A stretch of 64,000 nt of DNA from Promethearchaeia archaeon (GTDB taxonomy: Archaea > Asgardarchaeota > Lokiarchaeia > Sigyniarchaeales > SOKP01), in assembly GCA_029856155.1 (NCBI GenBank), contig JAHQWL010000088.1:1-64000 (forward strand), written 5' to 3'. The translations under genes and the position numbers were made by a program. Position 1 is the stretch's first letter. Each line of letters starts with the position of its first letter. Positions 29,349 through 39,901 of this stretch are shown here, in pieces. Below the pieces are notes generated by a model, which was not told where the DNA came from, did no database searches, and saw nothing but the letters and a program-made list of their open reading frames with translations.

Positions 29349-30482
29349 ATGGATATTTCAGAAATAAAAATAGGAACTGAAAGTAGCATTTTTGGACCAG
29401 TTGATAAGGGAATTACTCAAATAAAAAGGTTAGAGGAAATTGGTTTTGATTCTGTTTGGATGGCAGATCATTTAATGGGTTGGACCCCTGAATCAATATG
29501 GACTCCGGATCTTATTAAAGTAGCAGCGGTTCAACAAGATCCTCACATTTTTCATGAGGTATATTCTATATTAGCTGTTGTTGCATGGATTACAAATAAA
29601 ATATTGTTGGGAACAAGTGTCACCGAGACATTCCGAAGGCATCCAGCAGTATTGGCACAAACCTTGATAACTCAAGATAATATATCTAAAGGTCGAGTTA
29701 TTTTAGGAATTGGTACTGGAGAAGGAGAAAATATTGTTCCTTATGGGATAAAATGGGATAAGCCCGTAAGTAGGCTAGAAGAATCAATAAATATAATTAA
29801 ACTCCTTTGGGAAAGTGATAAAAAAGTAAATTATAACGGAGAATTTTGGAAGCTTAAGGATGCTGTTCTAACCGCAAAACCATTTAAAAAAAATAAATAT
29901 CCTCCTATTTGGATTGCTGCACATGGACCTAAAATGCTAAATTTAACTGGACGATTGGGTGATGGATGGTTACCCGCATATTCGGACCCTCAAGCTTATA
30001 AATATAGATTAAATCATATTCACAATGCAGCTAAAAAAGCTGGAAGAGATATTGATGAGATTACACCTGGTTTGTATTCATATCTAATTATAGATGAGGA
30101 TCATAACGCATGTGATGATTTAATTGGGAGTCCTTATGTTAAAAACATGTTGTTAACATTTCCGAATTCTGTTTATAAAGAATATGGAACAAAACATCCA
30201 TTAGGCGAAGATTTTTATGGATTAATTGATTACATTCCCACGAAATACGATCGAGAAACAATACTAGAAGCTATTAATAAAATTCCTCAAAAAATGTGTG
30301 ATGATCATATCTTGCACGGGACACCTGATGATATTATTGGAAAAATTGAAGAATATGCAAAGGTTGGAATGAAACATATTGTTCTTACTAACTTAACCTT
30401 TGTAAATGATTTATCGAAAGTTAAAAGCTCATATTATTATATGCAAAAAGTACTAAAATATTTCAAGGATAACAATCCTTAG
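29349..30482 (+). CDS. LLM-class oxidoreductase, close tandem paralog of 28151
   Basis: Long identical motif blocks shared with the 28151 ORF. Confidence 0.88.
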   Translation: MDISEIKIGTESSIFGPVDKGITQIKRLEEIGFDSVWMADHLMGWTPESIWTPDLIKVAAVQQDPHIFHEVYSILAVVAWITNKILLGTSVTETFRRHPAVLAQTLITQDNISKGRVILGIGTGEGENIVPYGIKWDKPVSRLEESINIIKLLWESDKKVNYNGEFWKLKDAVLTAKPFKKNKYPPIWIAAHGPKMLNLTGRLGDGWLPAYSDPQAYKYRLNHIHNAAKKAGRDIDEITPGLYSYLIIDEDHNACDDLIGSPYVKNMLLTFPNSVYKEYGTKHPLGEDFYGLIDYIPTKYDRETILEAINKIPQKMCDDHILHGTPDDIIGKIEEYAKVGMKHIVLTNLTFVNDLSKVKSSYYYMQKVLKYFKDNNP

Positions 30483-30738
30483 AAATCTAAAAGAAAAAAA
30501 TTTTATTTCATTTTTGCTAAATTTTTATTTTATCTTTAATTTCAATTTTCAAGCAAAAATTTTTTACATTTTGAATAAAAATTCAGGTTTCATAAGCACT
30601 AATAAAATATTATCTACAAATTTTAATAATTCAATTTCCGATTTATCCCATATAGAATAAATAATAATGATTCAAATTTACATATCACTATTACTTAGAT
30701 AATAGTACCAAAAGATTTACTCAAATATTTGATTTATA

Positions 30739-33700
30739 TTGGAATGTAGAAGAACGATGACTAAAATTAACAATTATAATATAAAGAAAAATAAAATTGT
30801 TTGCATTTTAATTATTTTCCTTACATTACTTATAACTTCTGATGTTAATCGAATAGCTAGAGATAATCTAAATAAAAAAAATGAATCAGATCTCATAACT
30901 ACACCTAATAGTGATTTAGATTTAAAATTAAGTGATGAACCTTTAAATGAATATTCTGGAATAGGAAAAGCTCAAAATATTTCTGAAAGTGGGAATGGGA
31001 ATTTTCAAAATTACAATTTGGATATAACAAATAACGATAATGCTTCGATACAAGTTCCAAATTATTGGAAAGCTAATGAAATCATATGTAATATATCCAA
31101 TATTTATGAATATGATAAATATTGGATAAATGATACATTTGATTCGGGATATGATTCAGATTTTTGGAAAGGTTACACTAACTCTGAATATGTTTCTTTT
31201 GGTTGGCATGAGGCCTCAACTGGAACAAATGATTCAATATATATGAAATTTAGTGAATCTGGTGCTTCATGGGTTAATGTAATTGCTAATTGGAATTGTA
31301 CACTTCCAGTCCCAAAAGAACACATACCATTTGATAATTGGGAAATAATATATAAATACCGTGTAATATATACCGATTATACTTGGCTACCTGGTGGAGG
31401 TGCTTATAATAGTTTAACTATTGATGTTGATGGTAGATCTCAGGAATTTACTCAACAAAAGCTTGATACTTTAGATAATGATACCTGGTATACTGGAAAT
31501 GTTCCTTTGATTCAACCAGAGATATATAATTGGGCCCTTCCTGGCAATATATCATTAATATTTGAAATAGGTTATAAAAATTCTTTCATTAATCCAACGG
31601 GTTATTTAAAAGTATTTTATGATAATATTACTCTGAAATTATCGACAATCCCAAAACCCTCTCAAATAAATCTTACTATCAATGATTTGACTAATGGGTA
31701 TAATGCAAGTGTTAATGATCTTATTGAATTTGGTAAAGGGACAGTAAATTTAAAAAATACTTGGAATGGAGATGAAGGGGGAAAATACCATTATTTTTCG
31801 TTTTCCCATAATTCTACTGGTAATTTAGTTATCTATACAGATTTTTATGCAGAAGCTACATCCTCTCGAAAAACAAACTCGCTATTGTTGATCGAGGGGA
31901 GTGAATTTATGGCTGAAAATAATTCTAAGACACAATGGACAATGTTTTTTACAGTAACTCAACCTGGTTCTTATTCTAATGATTATTATTTCAATATTTC
32001 TAAACCATTAAATTGGAATATTACTGAGGTAATTGATCCTTATTTAAATAATAAAATAAATGATACAATAGGGGCAGGGTATGGTAATACAACTTTTACA
32101 ATTCCTAATAACATAATAACTAATGGTTTATGGAAATTTGTAGCGGAGGCTCCAAATTATATAAAAGAAGCAAATTTTTATAAATGGAGTGGTGTTGATT
32201 GGATTAAAAACTCTACTTTCCATCATGGAGAAAAATTAAAGATTAATGCTTCAATTAATACTGAATTAATTCCAATTACAGAATTAACAAATGGATCTTT
32301 ACAAATTTTTTATCCCAATGGAACCCTATTTTACGCAGAAAATACTTCTGTAAGTAGTGGTGGAAGTCTTGAATTTTCAGAAATTATCATAGGGAGAAAA
32401 AATGCAAGTGCTGGAAAATATTCAGTATGTATTATTTGGAATGATGATGATGTTAACATGACTCAAGTTGGATTCTATAAACTAGAATTTATTGTATACC
32501 ACCATACAAGTTTAACCGCTATTGACTCCTTTTTCGAACAGACTGCTGGAGAACCTCTCCTAATAAAAGTGAGATTTAATGATACTGTTCTTAATAAGGC
32601 AATTGAATTTGCGACAATCACTTATAAATCAACATTTGGTTCATCTGGAACAATGGCTTATATAGGTGCTGGAACATATTTTTCTGAAGTAAACACGGAT
32701 GGTTTGGCACTTGGAGATTATTATTTTTCATTTAATGCCTCAAAACTCTATTATGAGAATCAAACTGCTATAAATTTGATCCAATTAAGAATTATCGCCC
32801 AACCATTAACTTTGGAAGTGCCGAGTACTATTATTAGTGCGATTGCAAATGATTATGCTATTTGTCAGATAAATGTTACCGGGGCGATTTCTGAGGCGTT
32901 TATTACAGATGGTGTTAATATTAGCACGGATTGGGAAAATCCATATTCTATTGAAGATTTTAATAACGGTACATTCGAACTTAACTTTTCTACATATCAT
33001 TTACCCTCTCAAGGTATTATAGAGACTTTCACAGTTACTATTTTTGCTAATAAGACTGATTATGGGAGTACTACTAGCTATATTTCGATACAAGTAACAC
33101 CGTTAGCCACCACAGCATATTTAAACCAAACTGTTGTTAATGTATTATTAAATCAAGGTTTTTATTTAAAAGTAAATTATACTATTGCGGGAACGGGTGA
33201 ATTAATTACCGGAGCAACCTTAAATGTGACATGGGCATCAACTTATACGATTTTTCCTGTTGCTGATGGTTTTATCGTATATTTTTCTACTAGTGGTCTT
33301 TCAATAGATATCTATACAATATTCTTTCAATTAAATCATCCAGAATATCAAACAGCATTCGAAAGCATATTTGTAATTATAGAGGAAAATCCAACTTATA
33401 TCGAAGTATATTTGAATCAACTAGACAGAACAACGGAAAAAACGATAACGATTCAATGGAATGAGGCTTTAAATATTACTATTTTATATAAAGATTCTTT
33501 AACCAATGATTTTATTTCTGGGGCTATAGTATATATGAATGGATCAGGGATTTCAAGAGTCTTAGATGAAAACGGACAACAATATTATACTATTTTAAGC
33601 TCGGGAGTCATGTCTGTTGGAATTCATTTTTTGACGGTTTCAATTGAAAAAGATAATTATATTTTTGTTTCAGAGATTCTTAAAATAGTAGTAGAACAAG

Positions 33701-34881
33701 TAGTAATTTCTGTTGGGACTATCGATATTGAAAATTCTCTTGATGTTTATGCTGGAAGTGATCAATTAATTAAAATAAACTTAACGGAACAAAATTCTGG
33801 AAATTTAATTCCAAATGCCAATATCTCCTTCTTGTGGAGATTTGATATAGGTGAATTTGAAAATTTAGGTGATGGTACTTACCAAGTTCAATTAAATATT
33901 CCAAGTAGTGCATTGGGAAGTTATAGCGTAGAGCTTATAATATCTGTTGAAGGAGGATACTATAAAACAACAGAATCGTCTTTTCTTATAGTAGTATTAC
34001 AAGAACAAACTCCAGATAATAGTTATTTAATCTGGGTAATAGCAATAGTGCTATTAAGTGTAATAGGGGTTCTTGGCGTTTTAATTGCAAGAAGTTATAT
34101 ATTCTTACCGAGGAAAAGAGAAAAGGAACAACAATTTTTAGACAAAATTCAAGTCTTTAAAGATCTTGAGAATATTCAAGGAATTATGCTTATTCAAAAA
34201 TTAAGTGGCATGCCATTTTTCACAAAAAGTGTTTCTGAATTTAATTTTGAAGAAAATATTCTAATTTCTGGTTTCATTCAAGCAATTACTTTATTTGGTG
34301 AACAATCTGTTATAGCTACTTCATTAAAAGAGAAAAAAAAACATCATGAAATATATTCTGAACATATAATTGAATTGAATTTCAAATTTTTTCATTTGTT
34401 GATTTGTGATTATCAGTGTCTAAGAACTCTTCTGATCCTTAAAGATGCATCTTCAGAGAAATTAAAAAATCAGTTATATATATTAACAGTTGAAATATGC
34501 TCTAAGTTTTCAGAAGAAATAGAAGATTATAAAGGAAAAGCTATTGAATTTGAAGAGATTATTGAAATTTTAATGAACAAGTTCTTATTTTTATTTTATA
34601 ATGAGCCTTTTAAGTTAAATCAAGGTGAAGTCTTTATAGAGTCTATGAAAAAGAGTCGCGAATTAGAATCAATGGAGTCTCGAGTTCTTAATGTAATAAT
34701 AACTTTAACCAATTATAGTGAAGAAATCACACTAGATAGAATAATTCAAGAAATTGGCGAGGAAAATATAGATTTAATTTATGGGGGTTTACAATCTTTA
34801 ATTGAAAATAAATTTATACTTCCTGCCTATTTCAAAAATAACAATTCAAATTCTTCACCAAGTAAATCGATAAAGGGTTAA
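30739..34881 (+). CDS. Large cell-surface protein: N-terminal signal/TM, beta-rich ectodomain, TM, cytoplasmic longin/roadblock-like + winged-helix-like tail
   Basis: N-terminal KKNKIVCILIIFLTLLIT; many N-x-S/T sequons; TM LIWVIAIVLLSVIGVLGVLIA (about 34027-34089); GIMLIQKLSGMPFF...LISGFIQAITLFG. Confidence 0.75.
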   Translation: MECRRTMTKINNYNIKKNKIVCILIIFLTLLITSDVNRIARDNLNKKNESDLITTPNSDLDLKLSDEPLNEYSGIGKAQNISESGNGNFQNYNLDITNNDNASIQVPNYWKANEIICNISNIYEYDKYWINDTFDSGYDSDFWKGYTNSEYVSFGWHEASTGTNDSIYMKFSESGASWVNVIANWNCTLPVPKEHIPFDNWEIIYKYRVIYTDYTWLPGGGAYNSLTIDVDGRSQEFTQQKLDTLDNDTWYTGNVPLIQPEIYNWALPGNISLIFEIGYKNSFINPTGYLKVFYDNITLKLSTIPKPSQINLTINDLTNGYNASVNDLIEFGKGTVNLKNTWNGDEGGKYHYFSFSHNSTGNLVIYTDFYAEATSSRKTNSLLLIEGSEFMAENNSKTQWTMFFTVTQPGSYSNDYYFNISKPLNWNITEVIDPYLNNKINDTIGAGYGNTTFTIPNNIITNGLWKFVAEAPNYIKEANFYKWSGVDWIKNSTFHHGEKLKINASINTELIPITELTNGSLQIFYPNGTLFYAENTSVSSGGSLEFSEIIIGRKNASAGKYSVCIIWNDDDVNMTQVGFYKLEFIVYHHTSLTAIDSFFEQTAGEPLLIKVRFNDTVLNKAIEFATITYKSTFGSSGTMAYIGAGTYFSEVNTDGLALGDYYFSFNASKLYYENQTAINLIQLRIIAQPLTLEVPSTIISAIANDYAICQINVTGAISEAFITDGVNISTDWENPYSIEDFNNGTFELNFSTYHLPSQGIIETFTVTIFANKTDYGSTTSYISIQVTPLATTAYLNQTVVNVLLNQGFYLKVNYTIAGTGELITGATLNVTWASTYTIFPVADGFIVYFSTSGLSIDIYTIFFQLNHPEYQTAFESIFVIIEENPTYIEVYLNQLDRTTEKTITIQWNEALNITILYKDSLTNDFISGAIVYMNGSGISRVLDENGQQYYTILSSGVMSVGIHFLTVSIEKDNYIFVSEILKIVVEQVVISVGTIDIENSLDVYAGSDQLIKINLTEQNSGNLIPNANISFLWRFDIGEFENLGDGTYQVQLNIPSSALGSYSVELIISVEGGYYKTTESSFLIVVLQEQTPDNSYLIWVIAIVLLSVIGVLGVLIARSYIFLPRKREKEQQFLDKIQVFKDLENIQGIMLIQKLSGMPFFTKSVSEFNFEENILISGFIQAITLFGEQSVIATSLKEKKKHHEIYSEHIIELNFKFFHLLICDYQCLRTLLILKDASSEKLKNQLYILTVEICSKFSEEIEDYKGKAIEFEEIIEILMNKFLFLFYNEPFKLNQGEVFIESMKKSRELESMESRVLNVIITLTNYSEEITLDRIIQEIGEENIDLIYGGLQSLIENKFILPAYFKNNNSNSSPSKSIKG

Positions 34882-34908
34882 TTAATTTTTAGTATCTCTA
34901 AAATAAAT

Positions 34909-35679
34909 CTATTTAAATCCTTGACAAAAAGAATCCACGTTTTCTGGTAATACATTATGATTATAACCTCCTTCTAATAAAGCAAATCGTCTTCCCCTAC
35001 ATAATTTCTCAGAATATTCGTTCATTAATCTTCCTAGTTCTGTGTAATCTTCAGGGTATAGAAGATGCCCCCAATCCTCGATACCTTGATCGAATCCAGC
35101 ACTTGCAACAAAAATATCAATATCCTTCAAATTTTCCATATATGATTTTACTTCATTAATATAACCAGTTCTCCCACTTGAATCAGGATTAAGAATCTTA
35201 ACCTTAAAGTCGTCATCTCTATTTGTTAAAATGTTTATATTTCCGTCTCCTGTATGAAGATCAAAATCTAATATAAATGCTGATTTAATTTTACTTTCAG
35301 AATATAATCTCAATAGACTTATACTAATATTGTTAAAATAACAAAATCCCCAACAAGAATCTGCTGAAGCATGATGACCTGGAGGCCTAATAACGGCAAA
35401 TGTTGGATTACCTTTAAACCCTTCCTCAGCAGCTAAAATTGCTCCGCCAGCAGCTAAGGATGCTAATTCACACAATAATTTGTCTCTTTTTATATTTTGG
35501 AGATGCCTATGAGTATGAGCTCTTAAAATATCTTCATCTGTCGCGGGAGTAGGAGTAATGATTTCATATTCTTTGTTTTCTGAAATTTTGTCCATAATCC
35601 CTTCTAATCTTCCTGGAGAAGCTGCAGGGTCCCATGCATACTCAGAATTATAGTATTTTTCATGAAACACAATTTTCAT
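34909..35679 (-). CDS. Histone deacetylase/AcuC family Zn-dependent deacetylase
   Basis: RPPGHHA, GFCYFNN, DFDLHTGDG, SAGFD, LEGGY. Confidence 0.92.
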   Translation of the reverse strand: MKIVFHEKYYNSEYAWDPAASPGRLEGIMDKISENKEYEIITPTPATDEDILRAHTHRHLQNIKRDKLLCELASLAAGGAILAAEEGFKGNPTFAVIRPPGHHASADSCWGFCYFNNISISLLRLYSESKIKSAFILDFDLHTGDGNINILTNRDDDFKVKILNPDSSGRTGYINEVKSYMENLKDIDIFVASAGFDQGIEDWGHLLYPEDYTELGRLMNEYSEKLCRGRRFALLEGGYNHNVLPENVDSFCQGFK

Positions 35680-35778
35680 ACTTTTATCAACCTTATTTAA
35701 TTACATTTAAAAAACCATATGATGAATATTATTTAACCATTTTAATAGATTTATTAACTTTTTTTATAATATACGAAA

Positions 35779-36870
35779 ATGCTAAATTATAATGATATAT
35801 ACCGTAATTTGCAAATACACTTAGATCAATTTCCTGTAGGATTTCCAGCTACAAAAACAGATATTGAAATAAAAGTCTTAATGCACCTTTTTTCAGAAAA
35901 AGAAGCGTTGATTGCGACAAAATTAAATTGGTCGTATGATACTCTTGAAAATATATATAATCGTCTTGAGAGTAAGGATATTTCTATTGAATCGTTAGAA
36001 TATTCGCTTAATACTATGATTAAAAAAGGTACAATAAAATATAAAACTGAAAACGGAAAGAAATTATATGCTAATCTTCCGTTAGTTGTAGGTATTTTTG
36101 AATATCAAGTTAACAAGCTCACTAAAGAATTTTTTCAAGATTTTGATGAATACTTGGTATCTGCATTTGGAGCAGAGTTATTAGGTACAAAAGTTTCTCA
36201 ATTTCGTACCATCCCGATACAACAAAGTATCATACCAGAAAATTTTATAGCAAACTATGATGAAGTAAAACAAATAATTCAAAATTCTGAAGAACCCTTA
36301 ACTGTAGCTAATTGTGTCTGTCGTCAGAGCAAAGAACTTTATGATCAACCTTGTGAAAAAACATCTTTGAGGGAAACCTGTTTTTATTTTGGAAAAACAG
36401 GACAATTATTTTTAGACCAAGGATGGGCTCGTCAAGTAAGTAGAGAGGAGGTTTTAAATATTATGCAACAAGCTGAAAATGATGGACTTATTTTCCAATC
36501 AGGAAATACTATTAATCCAGAATTTATTTGTTGTTGTTGTGGTTGCTGCTGTGCGATTCTTACAAAATTGCAGAAACTCCCACGCCCTTCAAGAGTAATT
36601 TCAAGTAATTATCATGCTGAAATTAATCCTGATTTATGTGTTGGATGTGGAACATGTGTTGATCGATGCCAAATAAATTCAATAAAACTATACGACAATT
36701 TAGCAAAAGTTATACTTAAACGATGTATTGGATGTGGAGTATGTATTCCATCTTGTCCGGAAGTAGCAATTCAGCTTATAAAAAAAGAAGGAGAAATGAG
36801 ACCTCCATCGACACAAGAAGATTTATTTTCACAAATAATGAATAAAAAGCAACAATTAAGAAAAAAATAA
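35779..36870 (+). CDS. 4Fe-4S dicluster protein with Cys-rich FICCCCGCCC motif
   Basis: CVCR, ICCCCGCCC, CVGCGTCVDRC, CIGCGVCIPSCP. Confidence 0.85.
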   Translation: MLNYNDIYRNLQIHLDQFPVGFPATKTDIEIKVLMHLFSEKEALIATKLNWSYDTLENIYNRLESKDISIESLEYSLNTMIKKGTIKYKTENGKKLYANLPLVVGIFEYQVNKLTKEFFQDFDEYLVSAFGAELLGTKVSQFRTIPIQQSIIPENFIANYDEVKQIIQNSEEPLTVANCVCRQSKELYDQPCEKTSLRETCFYFGKTGQLFLDQGWARQVSREEVLNIMQQAENDGLIFQSGNTINPEFICCCCGCCCAILTKLQKLPRPSRVISSNYHAEINPDLCVGCGTCVDRCQINSIKLYDNLAKVILKRCIGCGVCIPSCPEVAIQLIKKEGEMRPPSTQEDLFSQIMNKKQQLRKK

Positions 36871-36897
36871 TTTTAGATGAAATTGAAACATCATTTC

Positions 36898-37842
36898 TTA
36901 AAGTCTTCGACTTAACTTATCAATCATATCTTTTGTCATATTAATAAGATTATAACTGGGATTCCAACCCCATTCCTCACGAGCAAGCGAATCATCAATC
37001 GATTTTGGCCATGAATCTGCAATTTCTTGTCTAAAATCAGGTTTGTAATCTATTTCAAATTGAGGTATATGCTTCTTAATTTCTGCAGCAATTTCTCCTG
37101 CGGAGAAACTCATACCAGTAATATTATATACTCGACGTTTTAGTTTTGAATTATCTGCTTCTAAAAGATCGATCATACATTTCAAGCAATCCGGCATGTA
37201 CATCATAGGTAACGCTGTATCTTCTTTTAAGAAGCATGTATATTTCTTATTCTTAATTGCTTCATAAAATATCTCAACAGCGTAATCTGTAGTACCACCC
37301 CCTGGAAGCGTTTCACTACTAATTATTCCAGGAAGTCTCATTGAGCGAATGTCTAACCCATATTTTTTGTAATAATATTCTGCTAATAGTTCTCCTGCAA
37401 CTTTCGTGATACCATACATAGTTGTAGGTTGTAGTATTGTGATATTTGGTGTATTCTCTCTTGGAGTAGTAGGACCAAAAGCAGCTATTGAACTTGGCCA
37501 AATTATAGTTTTAATTTCATACTTCCTACTTGTTTCAAGAATATTAATTAATCCATTCATGTTTATATCCCAAGCAGTCTGAGGCATTTTCTCACCTATT
37601 GCTGAGAGTATTGAAGCCATGTGAAATATTGTATCTATCTCATATTCATAGAAAACTCTTGAAAGCGTATTTTTTTCTAAAGCATCTAGATATATTACTG
37701 GACCAGATTTTCTAATTTCATCTGGAAGTGGGGTTTTTCTTCCAGTAGCTATTACATTATCATTTCCATATGTATTCCTCAGGAAGGGAACTAATTCACT
37801 TCCAATTTGACCCGCAGCACCTATTACAAGTATTTTTCTCAT
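36898..37842 (-). CDS. tdh: L-threonine 3-dehydrogenase (SDR/epimerase type)
   Basis: GAAGQIG, PSSIAAFG, YGITK, PGGGTTDYAV, LPMMYMPD, IADSWP; divergent from kbl. Confidence 0.9.
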   Translation of the reverse strand: MRKILVIGAAGQIGSELVPFLRNTYGNDNVIATGRKTPLPDEIRKSGPVIYLDALEKNTLSRVFYEYEIDTIFHMASILSAIGEKMPQTAWDINMNGLINILETSRKYEIKTIIWPSSIAAFGPTTPRENTPNITILQPTTMYGITKVAGELLAEYYYKKYGLDIRSMRLPGIISSETLPGGGTTDYAVEIFYEAIKNKKYTCFLKEDTALPMMYMPDCLKCMIDLLEADNSKLKRRVYNITGMSFSAGEIAAEIKKHIPQFEIDYKPDFRQEIADSWPKSIDDSLAREEWGWNPSYNLINMTKDMIDKLSRRL

Positions 37843-38024
37843 TTTTATCAGATTTTATAATGTTAAGTTGTTAGTATAATTCATAATATACTCAATAAAA
37901 AAAGGTTTATTCATAATAATCCCATCTTTAAACCCCATTTAGAGGATAAGTAAAACTAAAATACTTTTCACAATAGACATAAATAATAATTAAACTCACT
38001 AATTTCAAAAAAATTTTAGGTGAT

Positions 38025-39215
38025 ATGATGAAAAGAGATCCTGTTGCTTTTCTTAAGGAAGAAATGACCGAATTAAGAAGCAACAATCTTGAATGGATTA
38101 TTCGATATTTAGAAGAAGGGTCAAAACCTCACTCCACTGTAGATGGCAAGAAAGTGTTAATGCTCAATACGAACAACTATCTCGGTCTAGCAACTCATCC
38201 TAAGATTATACAAGCTGCAATAGATGCGACAAAAAAATATGGTGCTGGAGCAGGAGCGGTTCCTGTCATTGCTGGTAGTTTTGATTTGACGAAAGAGTTC
38301 CAAAAACAATTTGCTAAATTTAAGGAAGTTGATGCTTCGCTTTTATGTCAAACAGGATTTGCAGTTAACACAGGATTAATTCCTATGTTAGTTGGAAAAC
38401 AAGATATAGTAGTTTCAGACGAGTTAAACCATGGTTCGATAATTGACGGAGTAAGGCTATCTGGAGCAAGTCGTATTATTTATAAGCACAATGATGTTGG
38501 AGATTTAGAGAGACAATTAAAAGAGGCTGAAAAGCAAGAACCAAGAAGAATCTGTATTATTACTGACGGAGTCTTCTCTATGGATGGAGATATGGCTCCA
38601 CTAGACGGTATAGCTAAAGTTGCGGAAGATTTCGGAGCCATGATTTTCGTTGATGATTGTCACGGAGAAGGCGTATTGGGAGAGGGAAGAGGTATCGTTG
38701 CTCATTTTAATCTACAAGGGAAAGTTCATGTTGAGGGTGGTTCAATGAGTAAAGGATTCGGTGTATTTGGAGGTACTGTAGCCGGTTCAAAAGATTTAAT
38801 TGAATTCTGTGCCAATAAAAGCAGAACTTACCTTTTAAGCACTGCACATCCCCCCGGAGTTGTAGCTGCTAACATCGCTTCAATTGATGTAGTCGAAACC
38901 GAGCCCGAACACGTCAAACGAGTGTGGGAAAACACGAATTATTTCAAAAAAGAAGTTCAAAGTATGGGATATGATACAGGAAACTCGTCAACTCCTATAA
39001 TTCCATTGATTATTGGAGATCCGGGAAAAGCTCAAGAGCTAGCACGAGTTCTTTTTGAAGACGAAGGAATCTATGGGACACCTATAGTATTCCCTATGGT
39101 CGCAAGAGAATTATCAAGAATACGAGTACAGATGAACGCCTTGCTGACAAAGGAAGATTTAAACATGGCGTTAGCTGCCATAGAAAAAGTTGGAAAGAAA
39201 TTAGATATTATTTAA
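38025..39215 (+). CDS. kbl: Glycine C-acetyltransferase (2-amino-3-ketobutyrate CoA ligase)
   Basis: NNYLGL, SDELNHGSIIDG, TDGVFSMDGD, DDCHG, SMSK (PLP Lys), RIRVQM. Confidence 0.88.
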   Translation: MMKRDPVAFLKEEMTELRSNNLEWIIRYLEEGSKPHSTVDGKKVLMLNTNNYLGLATHPKIIQAAIDATKKYGAGAGAVPVIAGSFDLTKEFQKQFAKFKEVDASLLCQTGFAVNTGLIPMLVGKQDIVVSDELNHGSIIDGVRLSGASRIIYKHNDVGDLERQLKEAEKQEPRRICIITDGVFSMDGDMAPLDGIAKVAEDFGAMIFVDDCHGEGVLGEGRGIVAHFNLQGKVHVEGGSMSKGFGVFGGTVAGSKDLIEFCANKSRTYLLSTAHPPGVVAANIASIDVVETEPEHVKRVWENTNYFKKEVQSMGYDTGNSSTPIIPLIIGDPGKAQELARVLFEDEGIYGTPIVFPMVARELSRIRVQMNALLTKEDLNMALAAIEKVGKKLDII

Positions 39216-39259
39216 TTTATTTTTTAATCATTTTTTATTTATAAAAAAAACTGTTTTAT

Positions 39260-39568
39260 AACAGTTATATATTCATATCTGGTCACAAGAAGAATTCCTT
39301 CATTTAGATTTATATCAAGAATCCTTTCTAGATGCATTACTTCCTCACTCACTATCTCAATGGTATTAAGAAAACCTGAAAAAACAGTTTCGGTTATATT
39401 CATGTCTGTCCAGTCATGATCATATAAAGGATTACCTTTATTATCTCTTACCGCGATTCTATAAACAATATAAGGCAAAAAATAGAGAATTTTAACTTTT
39501 TCATGATACCTATTGTTATTATTAATATTCAAATGAAATTTGATAGTTGGACGAAAGTGTTAAAAATT
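39260..39568 (-). pseudogene. Internal fragment duplicating 41141..41449 of the 40715..42040 membrane protein gene
   Basis: Near-identical DNA and peptide (LPYIVYRIAVRDNKGNPLYDHDWTDMNITETVFSGFLN). Confidence 0.9.
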
Positions 39569-39642
39569 AAAGAAAACATTCGGTCATATCTAACAAAAAA
39601 CAAGATCAATTTTTATAGACAACAAAAAAGATATGATATAAA

Positions 39643-39810
39643 TTGGAGACAAAAAAACAGACTATAATTATTGTATTAATTGCAGTAATAGCTACAGCCG
39701 GAATAGCTGTAGGAATAACTTACGTCCTTGTAGTCCCTACTCCAGGAACAGAAGCAGAAGTGGATGCACTCGAAATAATTTTATTCAATTATATGCATAT
39801 GGCTTTTTAA
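39643..39810 (+). pseudogene. 5' fragment of a sugar-binding protein paralog (copy of the 42984 N-terminus and its promoter)
   Basis: LETKKQTIIIVLIAVIATAGIAVGITYVLVVPTPGTEAEVDALEI versus MEPKKQTIIFVLIAVISTAAIVAGVTYVILAPTPEGEVDALEI. Confidence 0.85.
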
Positions 39811-39901
39811 GCTTCTTCTGACTTCGTTTTTCGAGATATTTCGTCCAATTAAAAGACATAATAAAAAACATAATAGTAATTGTTATGTTGTGTTTTTACA
39901 T

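Noticed and set aside
39239-39532. 97-aa ORF as an independent gene
   Set aside because: Its core is a duplicated internal piece of 40715..42040, and both ends are out-of-frame junk.
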